From assembly GCA_964016885.1 (NCBI GenBank), contig OZ024741.1, positions 27,218,001 to 27,282,000 of the forward strand: DNA of 64,000 nt. Direction: 5' to 3'. The notes beneath the pieces are model-generated. The model made no database searches and was not told where the DNA came from. It saw nothing but the letters and a program-made list of their open reading frames with translations. This DNA comes from Eledone cirrhosa. Its lineage: Eukaryota. The translations under genes and the position numbers were made by a program. Below, piece by piece: positions 1 through 11,350 of the stretch. The number at the start of each line of letters is the position of its first letter. The stretch's first letter is position 1.

Positions 1-364
1 AGCCCACCCTCTCCAGAGTAAAACAAAACAAAAAAACTTCTAAATGTTTAGAAAGTTTAAAAGTTACAAAACCGATAAAAAATTTTAAAATTATAATGAA
101 AATAAATACACACATACACAGTCACCCCATCCCTACCTACACTCACAACATACATATGTAGATACAATGGGATGACTGGTGACACTCTTCAGTTTCTCTG
201 CTCTTTGACGGGTTTTATTTTTTATCCTGCAGGGTGCCCCAAATCAACCCCCTCACCAACCAAGCTTGGTGGGGTTGGTAGTTTAATCCCCAATGACCCA
301 ACCATGTGGTAAGTTGTACTGTGTTACATGTTTCCAGTAGCACTCAAGAGCAATCATACATATA

Positions 365-444
365 CAGGGAGTCCCCCAAAAATGTATACACACTTCAACA
401 GCATTCTAATAAACGTGTATACATTTTTTGGGGGGGACACCCTG
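365..444. mobile_element. 80-bp Tc1/mariner-type MITE
   Basis: Imperfect terminal inverted repeats CAGGGAGTCCCCCAAAAATGTATACAC / GTGTATACATTTTTTGGGGGGGACACCCTG, flanked by TA on both sides. Confidence 0.7.
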
Positions 445-587
445 TATATATATATGTGAGTGTGTGGATGTATATATATATATTGTGGGGAATTTAGATT
501 GATTTAATGACAGAGACACAAAAACCGACACAATTTTACAATCTTGCTTCCAATAAACTGCACAATGGAAGCTATGGCACATGAGTG

Positions 588-728
588 GATAAGTCACTTT
601 GGAGTATATCATAGTGGCTTGGTCATAGGAATGTGGCACCCATATAGAACAGGCAGATAAGTCACTTTGGAGTATATCATAGTGGCTTGGTCATAGGAAT
701 GTGGCACCCATATAGAACAGGCAGATAA
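588..728. repeat. Perfect 68-bp tandem duplication
   Basis: GATAAGTCACTTTGG...GAACAGGCA starts at 588 and again at 656, with a partial GATAA at 724. Confidence 0.95.
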
Positions 729-742
729 CAATAAAAGAAATG

Positions 743-772
<30 letters not shown>

Positions 773-774
<2 letters not shown>

Positions 775-1175
775 AATTATTAACCATCTTGCCCAACAAC
801 AACCTTTTTTTATTTCCATGTGTCTAACACACATGGGCATGCCAACAAAGTCAGAAAACAGCACAGCTCCATGACTTTCGGAAACATTTTTTCACGCTCA
901 AAGTTGCTGAAGCATGGAACAAACTACCTGCATCAGTTATTAGCTGTTGAGACACTACATCCTTTAAAACCTCCATGCTTCCTGAGATTCGCCAACACTA
1001 CACCTGATATCCCCCCCTCCATACACACGTACACATATATATCATGACTCATACACTATTCACTTCCCTGACATTTGTATATTATTTTATGTACTATACA
1101 TGCACCTTTGATGAGTTGTAGTGCACCTGAGCACTGTACACAATAATTTCATTATTATTATTATTATTATTATTA
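773..1175 (+). mobile_element. CR1-clade LINE 3' end, decayed
   Basis: Homologous to 56512-56966; C-terminal THGHANK...FF...AWNKLP remnant; (ATT)n tail. Confidence 0.85.
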
Positions 1176-1177
1176 TA

Positions 1178-1287
1178 TAATAATTGTTTCTACTTTAGGA
1201 ACAAGGCCAGCAATTACCCAGTGCATTACTGGTACTTTATTTTATCGACCTCGTAAGGATGAAAGGCAAAGTCGACCTCTGCGGGAT
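1178..1287 (-). mobile_element. tRNA-type SINE, 3' part
   Basis: Reverse complement matches the 3' half of the SINE at 53979-54172 (TTTGCCTTTCATCCTT...GATAAAATAAAGTACCAG...GGCCTTGT). Confidence 0.85.
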
Positions 1288-1452
1288 AATAATAATAATG
1301 AAATATTGTGTACAGTGCTCAGGTGCACTACAACTCATCAAAATGTGTATGTATAGTACATAGGGAAATGTACAAACATCAGGAAAATGAACAGCGCATG
1401 AGTCATGATATACACATGTGTGCATGTGTATGGAAGGGGGACATCAGGTGTA
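1287..1452 (-). mobile_element. CR1-clade LINE 3' UTR fragment
   Basis: Inverted copy of about 1000-1175, starting with (AAT)n. Confidence 0.85.
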
Positions 1453-1586
1453 TATATATATAGTGTAGGTGATTCAGTGAATTACTGGTGGTACCAAAAC
1501 ACTTTCTACACAAGCAGATTGTATATATTAAAATAAAAACGATTAAGTTTCGTTTACATATATTTAGTTACATATATTGTGTATTA

Positions 1587-1743
1587 ACCTGTTGTGTGCA
1601 TTTCACAGAGGTCACCTCTAGGAGTTATGGACCTGACTCCATTATCGATCTGCTCTTCAGACTGGCAATGTGACAAAAAACACTATATTGTTTGTCACAT
1701 CACCTGTCTGAAGAGCAGATTGATAACAGAATCGGGTCCATAA
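1587..1743 (-). mobile_element. Penelope-like pseudo-LTR relic: decayed hammerhead plus fold-back
   Basis: Minus strand CTGAAGA-GCAGA...TCTGT-GAAATGCACACA-ACAGGT; imperfect palindrome 1625-1743. Confidence 0.5.
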
Positions 1744-2164
1744 ACAAAACTTCATCGTTTATATATACACACACACACACGCACGCACGCACATATTCAC
1801 ACCACACACCCATACACATACACACACATACATATATGTTTTGTTTAGCCTTGGGTTAGTGTTGATCAAACTAACAGAAGATCAAAGACATTCCAACTGT
1901 GATCATCCCATCTATTTAAGGGTATCTTGAACTACATAATGTACCCTTTCTATTTTAAGATTGTGGGAATGTGTATTGAGGGTGGTTTGGCTGTTATTTC
2001 TAGAATCTCCTGCATTGGCTCATAAATGGAATTTGTAGTTAAAGAAAGAGAGGAGAGATGGTATACAAGAATCAGAAGGTAAAAGATAATAGAGATAGGA
2101 GAGAAAGAAGAGAGTGTGAGAGAGAGAGATAAAGTGACAGCTAGAGAGAGTAAGAGACAGAGAT

Positions 2165-2553
2165 ATGTTTCTTTATTAGCCACAGGGCACAAAAGAAGGG
2201 GACAATTACAAAGGGGGGAGTTTACATACAATAAAAACGTGTAAAATGTTATCACAATTGTAAATTAAAAGTTAATCGATTTTCCCCAATAGGGGGAGAC
2301 AGTTCATATGGGTAGCACATACCCCCGAAAAAAATGTGCAACCATCATCTCCAGGAGTACGAAGAGTTTGTACCCCTTTCCTCTCTTCCTCTTTTTCATC
2401 AACCTACAGGCTGATATAGAGAGAAGGGCCATTCTCACCACTTTCACCCACCTTTCATAAAACTTGCTAGGGTACAGCATCTCTCTCTCCATCCTGACTC
2501 TTCTTCCAAAGTGGTTTTTGAAAAAAAAGAATCAATAAGAGACAGAGATGGTA

Positions 2554-2585
<32 letters not shown>

Positions 2586-2625
2586 TGTGAAGGTGTTCTC
2601 TTCCAATGTGTTTCTGGAAGATTCT
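2165..2625 (-). mobile_element. Tx1/L1-like LINE 3' end
   Basis: Minus-strand RVRMEREML..KFYERWVKV resembles Tx1 ORF2 C-termini; AATAAA near 2174; similar to about 61380-61420. Confidence 0.55.
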
Positions 2626-2721
2626 AAATTCATCATAGACCTCCACAGATAATATTTTTACAATAAATATGTTAAGGGCAGCTGTGTTGAAGACAATATA
2701 TCTTGTTTCTGGCACAACAAC

Positions 2722-3130
2722 ATACACATCAACAACAACAACAGCAACAACAACAGCAACAACAATAACAGCAGCAACTACTATAACAACAACAACAGCA
2801 GCAACTACTATAACAACAACAGCAACAACAATAACAGCAGCAACTACTATAACAACAACAACAGCAACAACAATAACAGCAGCAACTACTATAACAACAA
2901 CAACAGCAGCAACTACTATAACAACAACAACAACAGCAACAACAATAACAGCAGCAACTACTATAACAACAACAACAACAGCAACAACAAAACACCACTG
3001 CCACCACCAATAACATCAATAACAATGCCACTACCTCTACTGGCAACAACAACAACCACAAAAAACACCATCACCACCAACAACAACAACCACAAAAAAC
3101 ACCATCACCACCACCACCATTACCATGACA
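2722..3130. repeat. (CAA)n-derived compound micro/minisatellite
   Basis: Recurrent ACAACAATAACAGCAGCAACTACTATAACAACAAC unit followed by (CAC)n. Confidence 0.9.
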
Positions 3131-3883
3131 ACTAATGCACAATTTGACTTTTCTCCTACAAACTCTTTGTTTCCATTACTAACAAGAGAGAAATATATAT
3201 ATTTTTTAAATAGAACAAAATAAAAACAAATGGAAAAAACTCATCATTGTTTTTACATCTGTTTTTCCATGCTTGCATGGGTTGGACAGGTCTTTCTCAA
3301 CACAGCATCTCTCCTCTCGTTGTGATCCTTTGTCCTCTTATATATATACTAGCGTGGAAAAATGGACATAAAACGGTCAGGATGATGATAGTATATATAT
3401 CATCATCATCATTTAACGTCTGTTTTCCTACTAACCAGGGTTGGATGGTTTGTCACAGACTGTGTCAGTACTCAGATGGTCGAGGGCCTGCATCTGGCTT
3501 ATTTACTCTACTGAGTGTTTGGACCGGCCAAGTGTCTACATCTCACTTGCATACATTCCAGCACTCTATTGAGTGCATTTCATCATAGTACTAGCAGTAG
3601 GAAGGTTGTCATATATATATATATGTAACGAAGGAAGTGTGGTAAGGAACCAGGTGGACCATAACACACCAGAGTACTTGATACTTAGGGTAGTAGAGTG
3701 GGTAATAGGAAAAGAGGACCCTGATGGCTGAATCCATCTTGATTTATATATATATATTAGGTAATTCCAAAGGAAAAGCAAAGGAAAAAAGAGTGCTATA
3801 TGTATAGAACAGAGCTATTTAATTAGAAAGTGAACAACACAAAATATAACTACTCCATTACCAAAGGTTTCTGGATCACAGAT

Positions 3884-5091
3884 GATAATAATATAATGAA
3901 ATTATTGTGTACAGTGCTCAGGTGCACTACAACTCGTCAAAGGTGCATGTATAGTATATAGAATAATATACAAATGTCAAGGAAGTGAATAGTATATGAG
4001 TCATGATATACATGTGTGTATGTGTATGGAGGGGGAACATTAGGTGTAGTGTTGGCGAATCTCGGCAAGCATGGAGGTTTTAAAGAATAGTGTCTCGACA
4101 GCTAACAACTGACGCAGGTAGTTTGTTCCATGCTTCAGCAACTCTGAGCGTGAAAAAATGTTTCCAAAAATCATGGGAACTGTGCTGTTTTCTGACTTTG
4201 TGGGCATGCCCACGTGTGTTAGACACATGGAAATCAAAAAGGTACTCAGGGTTGTTGTTGGCAAGATGGTTAACAATTTTGTGGGTGTTTACCAAGTCAG
4301 TTGCCAGGCGTCGGAGCTTCAATGTATCCATGCCCAGGGAAGCAAGGCATTCAGAGTATGGTAGATGCCTGATGGAGGGTATTCGCTTGGTTGCACGTCT
4401 CAAACAGTTTCCAGTCGGTCAATGTTCTGAGCAAGATAGGGGTTCCAGACTGGTGATGCAAATTCTAAGTGTGGCCACACCATAGCCATGTACAGCCTTA
4501 AATAGATAGCTGGAGAGTGGCTGACAAAGGTCTTGCTGAGTGATGTTAAGACACCCTCAGCCCTCTTGACAATTTTAGAGACGTACTTCTTCCAACGTAA
4601 ATCGCTGCTGACCGTAATACCCAGGTCACGTTTACAAGAAGACTTCTTGCTGTGGAGGGAGTATGTGGACGCTGGGTTTTTACTCCCAAAATGCATGGTG
4701 GTGCACTTGTGCACAGCTAGCTTGAGTTGCCAGTCTGAGATCCATTGTTGCATTGTGTCCAGGTCAGACTGCAGGCAAGATCTATAGTGTTCAGGATCTG
4801 TCCTTTTTATCTCAAGGTACAGCTTGATGTCGTCTGCGTACTTTAGTACTGTGGCATTCTTTAAGTTGGCATCTATGTCATTAATATATGCCACAAACAA
4901 AAGGGGGCCAAGAACAGATCCCTGTGGTACACCAGATGACATCTCATATGGTGAGGAATGCTGTCCTAGAACCGTGACTACCTCTCTTCGACTGAGAATG
5001 AAGGACTTCAACCAGTTAAAAGGATCATCCTTCACACCCATTGCAGACAGTTTTGCCATAAGCCTTTTGTGTGGCACAGAATTGAAAGCTT
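3884..5091 (-). mobile_element. CR1-clade LINE, 5'-truncated reverse transcriptase pseudogene
   Basis: KAFNSVPHKRL, SSGVPQGSVLGPLLF, KYADD, RDLGI, WPHLEFASPVWNPY, TRGH..K, WNKLP; frameshift near 4400; (ATT)n tail at 3884. Confidence 0.92.
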
Positions 5092-5331
5092 AATAAAATA
5101 CGTTTGGATCGATCGTCAGACTGAGATGTTATAGATAAAAGATTTGAAATGAGATTTGAAATTGGAAGTGAGGCTGGAAAAATAACGGGAAATATACATA
5201 AGAAAAGAAGGGTACAAAAAATAATATATAAAAAAAATAAAAATATATAGCAATATAGAAAAAGACATGTATACATACATATACACACACATACACATTC
5301 AGATAAAAGGAAAATATATATATATATATGT

Positions 5332-5417
<86 letters not shown>

Positions 5418-5462
5418 TACTTCAAAATATTAATAAATATAGACATTCATGTGATCAAATAT

Positions 5463-5526
5463 ATTTTATTATACATATTTCAGAGGTACTGAGCTATTTC
5501 ATCAGTACGTCCTCATCAGATAAAAT
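5463..5526 (-). ncRNA. Type I hammerhead ribozyme
   Basis: Minus strand ATTTTAT-CTGATGA-GGACGTACTGA(TGAAATAGC)TCAGTACCTCT-GAAA-T-ATGT-A-TA-ATAAAAT; 7-bp helix I, about 10-bp helix II, intact core, AUA site. Confidence 0.78.
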
Positions 5527-5921
5527 AAATTGATGTCTGACATACCTCAACTGTGCTGATGGTTCAATTCCAGTCTTGGCAGTGATTAGTTATGACAAAA
5601 CTCAATATTTATATATGATAAGTTGTAACATGACAAACTACATATAACTGAGAGGGTACGTAGGAGAACGTGTAGAAAAAATATAATAAGTATATATAAA
5701 GACAAGTAAAAAATATAAACATATAACTACATAACTGTTAAAAATTTAAATAATTAAATATGTAAATATCCGTATTAGAGAAGGCGCAAATGAGAGAGGG
5801 AGAGAGAGCTAAATAGAGGAGAGAAGGAAAAAGATAGAGAAATGATACTAAAAACAATGATACTAAAAACAAACTTTATTCATTGATAAATCAATGAACC
5901 CTGTTAAACTTTTGGTTATAT

Positions 5922-6380
5922 ATCATCATCATCATCATCATCATCGTTTAACGTCCATCTTCCATGCTAGCATGGGATTGGACGGGAATTTTCCCACTTG
6001 AGGCAAGATTGGTTGTCTTGCTCAGGACTGTCTGGCAGGTGTTCTACGGATGGATGCCCTTCCTAACACCAACCACGTTTACAGTGTGGACTGGGAGGTT
6101 TTTACCGTGTTACCTACACGGCCACATTACAGCGTGGATTGTGTGTTTTTTTGTCGTGACACCAACGCGACCTCATTTATTTCGGACTGGATGTTGTGGT
6201 ACCAACATAACTTTACATCGAAAGGGGTGGTGTGGATGGGGTGAGGGTAGTGGGACGGCGGTGTATTTTTGTTAAGAGGTGCCTACTGACTGTAGGTTTC
6301 GCTTTGTACTTAGGCAAGGCGGGTCTTCTGTATTACTGTGTAGCGCCTAAGATCTCGGTCCAGTGACATTGTCTGGGAGA
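5922..6380 (-). mobile_element. RTE LINE 3' end fragment
   Basis: Homologous to 41515-41987; (CAT)n tail at the left end. Confidence 0.9.
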
Positions 6381-6391
6381 GCATATATATA

Positions 6392-6780
6392 TATAGGAAA
6401 AGCTTTGGCCATTTTGACAGCTAGGTCTGAATTCTGAGTTTAGACCTAGCTGTCGAAATGGCCAAAGCTCAGCCGTTGGGGTCCTGACCCTTTTCCTATA
6501 TATATATAAATCAGGATGGAATCAGTTTGAAACTGGTTAGACCATTACTCAACAGAGTACTCGATACTTGGGGTAGTAGGGTGTGGTTATATTATTAAGA
6601 GTCAGGACCCGACGGCAGAGCTCTTGCTGTTTCAACAGCCAGATCCAGTTATGACAACATTCTTAGATGAGAGTCTGGTTTTGCTTAATTAACAAGTCTG
6701 ATGAACAGATTAGGGCTGGAGATGGGTTTACAACACTACTATGGATCTTGAGCCACCCATCTGAGAAACATTCATAACTG
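6392..6780. mobile_element. Rearranged repeat, possibly a Penelope-like relic, with a fold-back hairpin
   Basis: Hairpin 6401-6469; 6540-6587 shared with 3656-3703; degenerate CTGATGA...GAAACATTCATA at 6698-6776. Confidence 0.45.
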
Positions 6781-7443
6781 AGCCGAATCAATAAAAACCC
6801 CAATGTGAAACCTCGTCTTGTTCTTTCACATGTCTTGCCAGCATAGATCTGCTAGATTTGGAAAACTGACGGTATATGCAACTGTACACACTTTAACCCT
6901 TTAGCATTCACATTACTCTATAAATACTATTATATTTTCATGGTAAATGCTTTATCTAACATAATTATCTCACATAATATCGAATCTATGAGATTTTGAA
7001 AGTATTTATTTTGAGAACAATACCTTAACATCAGTTTGAGTGACCAGTTACAGCCAGTTTCAACAGAAAGAGGTAGGGAATTCTGGCCGGTTTTGGCCGG
7101 TTAAGACCCGTGTCAAGTAAGGGCCTTTCCTGCTGAAGAAATGCAATAGTTCAATTGCATAATGTCTGCTGGTATTATGCAATTTTCTGTATACTGCAGT
7201 TTTAATAACTGTTGTAGGCGGAATAGTGCATAGAATCAGAATCCTTCCAGAAGTTGGATATGTGAGGTATGTTTACCAAAACACTGACATAGTACTCACT
7301 GAATAACTGTAATGTGTGCACTCTGTACCTTAGGATGAGGTTTCAAAACTGCAAGGTTATTATCTCATTGAGTGAATGGGTCATGGCTGGAGGTCACTGA
7401 AATAACTTTGGTGACTTTCATAAACAGTGTGTGTATATATATC

Positions 7444-7850
7444 AAATTATAAAATAAGAAGAAATAATAGATATAGATATATACCTATTTTTTCTTCAAA
7501 GTCCCAACTGTACAGTTTCGCTGGTCCATATGCAACAATTGCACATTATAGATGTACAATATTGTTGTGAGGCACACCAGCTTCTAGATATAAGATGGTG
7601 TTTAAAAACACCATGTTATTTATTCATTCTGACGATTCAAGAAACCACTGGTAAATGAAATAATTGTCTTATGTTGTTTATTACATAACTAATAAGCTCT
7701 GTAGCCTACATAGAGCACTCTTTTTTCCTGTACCTTTCCAACGGAAATACTTCATTCAGACATATATATATATATAAAATTATAAATGAGAGGAAATAAT
7801 AGACAAAAATATACCTATATTTTTCTTCAAAGTCCTGACTGCAGTTTCGC
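7444..7850 (-). repeat. Diverged ~75-bp direct repeats about 330 bp apart, each carrying a hammerhead 3' half
   Basis: 7444-7521 resembles 7777-7850; minus strand reads GCGAAACTGTACAGTT and GCGAAACTGCAGTC. Confidence 0.6.
7623..7659 (+). ncRNA. Minimal type I hammerhead ribozyme
   Basis: TTCATT-CTGACGA-TTCAA-GAAA-CCACTGG-TA-AATGAA; perfect 6-bp helix I, intact core, vestigial helix II, GUA site. Confidence 0.72.
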
Positions 7851-7870
7851 CAAATTGTCTTGCAGCAATC

Positions 7871-7909
<39 letters not shown>

Positions 7910-7974
7910 AATAAATATTTCGTTTCTGAATTTGTTTAGCGAGATTCTTTATCTGAAAACGTGTGTTGAAACCG

Positions 7975-8225
7975 ATATTGTTATACTTTGGGAGGGTCAT
8001 GTTGCCAATAAGAAACACACGCACCAGTTGCTTTCACTCCAATTTATTATAAATTAAATTATAAATTTAAAATATATGAACAACCGTCCGGTTGTGGAAC
8101 CAACCAGCCAACCGAAAATTTATAAATTTTTGAATTTATAATTTAATTTATAATAAATTGGAGTGAAAGCAACTGGTGCGTGTGTTTCTTATTGGCAACA
8201 TGACCCTCCCAAAGTATAACAATAT
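7975..8225. repeat. Perfect 93-bp inverted repeat with a 65-bp spacer (MITE-like fold-back)
   Basis: 7975-8067 is the reverse complement of 8133-8225; lies between (TA)n runs. Confidence 0.92.
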
Positions 8226-8549
8226 ATATAAATATATATAAATATATATATATATATATAAAGTGTGTTGTGTTAGGAAGGGCATACCATAGTTAAAGTT
8301 ATGGCAATAATATGGAAGTTATGAGCTAGAAATGGTTCACTGAGTCATCTTGTTGTCACGACAACTCATCCTTGTGCCAGTATATGGCAAATATATGATT
8401 ATCATGAGGAGGAGGTTACACACATCTGTGAATTTAGGAAATATCTTTATAGAGTGTATATCAATATGTCTTTGTGTTTCTCTGCAGGAGAGTGAGTGAG
8501 TGTGTATTTTGCATGTTCAGGCACGTCCATGCGTCAGTGTGTACCACGT

Positions 8550-8590
<41 letters not shown>

Positions 8591-8760
8591 CATGTGTGTG
8601 TATCCATGTGTGTGTATGTATGTATATTTTTAACCCTTTATTACTCAACATGAGACATTGAAAGTGAATGGTCAAGTTGGTGATTCATAGTACACTGAAA
8701 ACTTTCCTACTGTTTACCACCACCAGCACCTCTACTATTGCCATCACCACCACCACCACC

Positions 8761-8806
<46 letters not shown>

Positions 8807-8981
8807 TCAGTACTACTCATACTTATAAGTAAAAGGAACCTCTGATAGTTTCAATAATCAATATCCTAGTTGTTTGATCAACTGAATTGTCTATCTAAAC
8901 TATAATAAAGAAAGGAGTGCGGGACTGCGTCTAGAATATATCTTTTTACCATTTGTAAAATAAGTTGGATTACTTTGAATA

Positions 8982-9171
8982 AATAATTGTTTCTACTGTT
9001 GGCACAAGGCCAGCAATTATCCCAGTCTATTACTGGTACTTTATTTTATCGACCCCATAAGGATGAAAGGCAAAGTTAACCTCGACGGGATTTGAACTCA
9101 GACTATAAAGGGCTGTAAATTTTTGCTGCAAAGCATGGCATCCAATCCTCTACCAATACTGCCAATCCACC
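8982..9171 (-). mobile_element. tRNA-type SINE, full length
   Basis: Reverse complement carries A box TGGCAGTATTGG and B box GAGTTCAAATC; same body as 53979-54172. Confidence 0.85.
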
Positions 9172-9699
9172 GTGTAATGAATGAATATTACATAATTTAT
9201 GGGCTAAATTTCGTGGCTGTTGATTAAATATATTTTATAGCTTATTTAAAGATCTTTAAAATTCACTTCTTTAAAATTTTCAAATGTCAACACTTCCGGT
9301 TAGCAGCCGTTATATTATAACACTTATAAAAATATTGCATATATTTCCATCACTAATTTTCTCCTAATGCAGTTTATATATAATATCGTCTTTTTTTAAA
9401 TGTATCATGGATTACTTTACTGATTACAGAAGACAGTGTAACATAGACTTTGTTCAATTTCTGTGTATATGTCAATTATGATTTTATTTGATGTATCATA
9501 TCTACATGCATATATATTTGTGTATAATATCAATATACACACTACACATGCTAGCAGAAAACCACCCGTAGTTCTGCTAGTTCCTTTAATTATTGTGTTA
9601 AGTGGCTGAGTATATCACAGCTGTATGTAGCTTTATATAGTACTGAGACAAGTATGTGTAACACAGAGTGTGACAAAGCTGACCCATTGAATTGACTGT

Positions 9700-10243
9700 G
9701 TAGGTGTCACAACAAAAAGTACTGAGCCCACACTGTAAAGTGGTTATGTAGGTGACATGACAAAAAGTACCCAGTCTATACTGTAAAGTGGTCATGTAGT
9801 TGTCACAACAAAAAGTACCGAGCCCACACTGTAAAGTGGTCACGTAGGTGTCATGACAAAAAGTACTGAGCCCACACTGTAAAGTGGTCATATAGGTGTC
9901 ACAACAAAAAGTACCCAGTCTATACTGTAAAGTGGTCATGTAGGTGACATGACAAAAAGTATCCAGTCTTCACTGTAAAGTGGTTATGTAGGTGTCACGA
10001 CAAAACACACCCAATCTACACTATAAGGTGGTCATGAAAGTATCACAACAAAAAGTACCCAGCCCACACTGCAAGGTGGTTGGCATTAGGAAGGGCAGCC
10101 GGCTGTGTAAACTAAGCCAAAATCGGCCCAGTGTGAGAAAGACATGGTCATCTGATCTGGCTTGTCTCACAACGGGACAACTTGTCTAACCCATGTTAGA
10201 GTGGAAAATAGATGTTAAACAGTGATGATGATGATGATGATGA
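9700..10243 (+). mobile_element. RTE 3' UTR derivative with 8 x 48-bp tandem modules
   Basis: TAGGTG-type unit at 9701, 9749, 9797, 9845, 9893, 9941, 9989, 10037, then the RTE 3' end (TTAGGAAGGGCA...) and a (GAT)n tail. Confidence 0.85.
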
Positions 10244-10279
10244 CGTGAATCATCATGCAACTTCAGCCAAAATAGATAG

Positions 10280-10530
10280 ATTCTCAGATATGTCGTTGCT
10301 CATTATATTGCCTCAATCCCTGACACCAATACTAGTGTCTCAAGCTATGACAACTAAATAGGAGAACTCTTGACAAATTTTAGTTTCCAAAATACTAAAG
10401 GAAACACTTTCATATGAGGCATGATGGCTGCAGCTTGCAAACCTCACCTTCTTCTTGCTCACAATGTCAGAAATAGAAGGAAGTCTATAATATATATCTA
10501 TAAGAGTCTTATATTTGGGCAGGGTCATGT
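10280..10530 (-). mobile_element. Highly decayed RTE/RTE-X LINE C-terminal relic
   Basis: RLPSISDIVSKKKVRFASCSHHAS resembles the LP.IS..I..RRLRFAGHC motif of RTE-type ORFs. Confidence 0.4.
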
Positions 10531-11064
10531 TATCCTAATATTGCCAAAAATAGTAAAACACACTCACTGCTTGGCTTGGTTTTCACTTCAGTATATTTTT
10601 ATATTTTTATAAATAATTTAGTTGGCAATCAATGTTGATCATTGATTGACCACCAGTTAAAATTATAAATATAATTTCTCAAAGTTCTTTCATCACTCAT
10701 TTTTCTGTGACACCTTCAGTAATTATCACAGTGTTTCCTCCCATTGTGTTTCTATGTTATGTATCCTCTAGCTTAGCTTATATTTTGAGCTCAACAAAGC
10801 AAGGATATATATCCTCCATTGAATTGCTTTTATTGTTTAATCAGCAGTAGCCATCTTGTCTTTTAACACTATTGCTATATTGATCATATGGAATGTATCT
10901 CATAAATAAAACAGCATTTATGTGGCTTTCTATGTTGAAAACCTGAAAGACTCATGGGACACACATTATATCATATAAACCATTGTTTAACAAAGAGGTT
11001 TCCACAAAAAAGTTCTCATGTTCTTGTGAGTAAATGTCTTTTAATATAATGTATTGTATATTCT

Positions 11065-11350
11065 TGTTGTATATATATGATGCATATATATGTTGTATAT
11101 ATATGATGTATATATATATGTTGTATATATATGATGCATATATATATGTTGTATATATATGATGCATATATATGTTGTATATATATGATGCATATATATG
11201 TTGTATATATATGATGCATATATATGTTGTATATATATGATGCATATATATGTTGTATATATATATATGTTGTATATTCATATTGTATATATATGTTGTA
11301 CATATATGTTGTATATATATGTTGTATATGTTGTATATTCATGTTGTATA
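11065..11350. repeat. 26-bp AT-rich minisatellite
   Basis: GATGCATATATATGTTGTATATATAT at 11161, 11187, 11213, 11239. Confidence 0.9.

Noticed and set aside
2669-3061. Poly-Thr and poly-Cys ORFs
   Set aside because: Translation of a CAA-type microsatellite
5095-5125. Minus-strand CTGACGA as a hammerhead
   Set aside because: GAAA is replaced by CAAA and there is no helix I partner
6893-7104. piggyBac-like MITE (TTAACCCTTTAG start)
   Set aside because: No matching right terminal repeat found
8470-8501. Strong acceptor immediately followed by GTGAGT (microexon or recursive splice site)
   Set aside because: Would give a 4- or 8-nt exon inside GT/GA-rich simple sequence; unsupportable without RNA data
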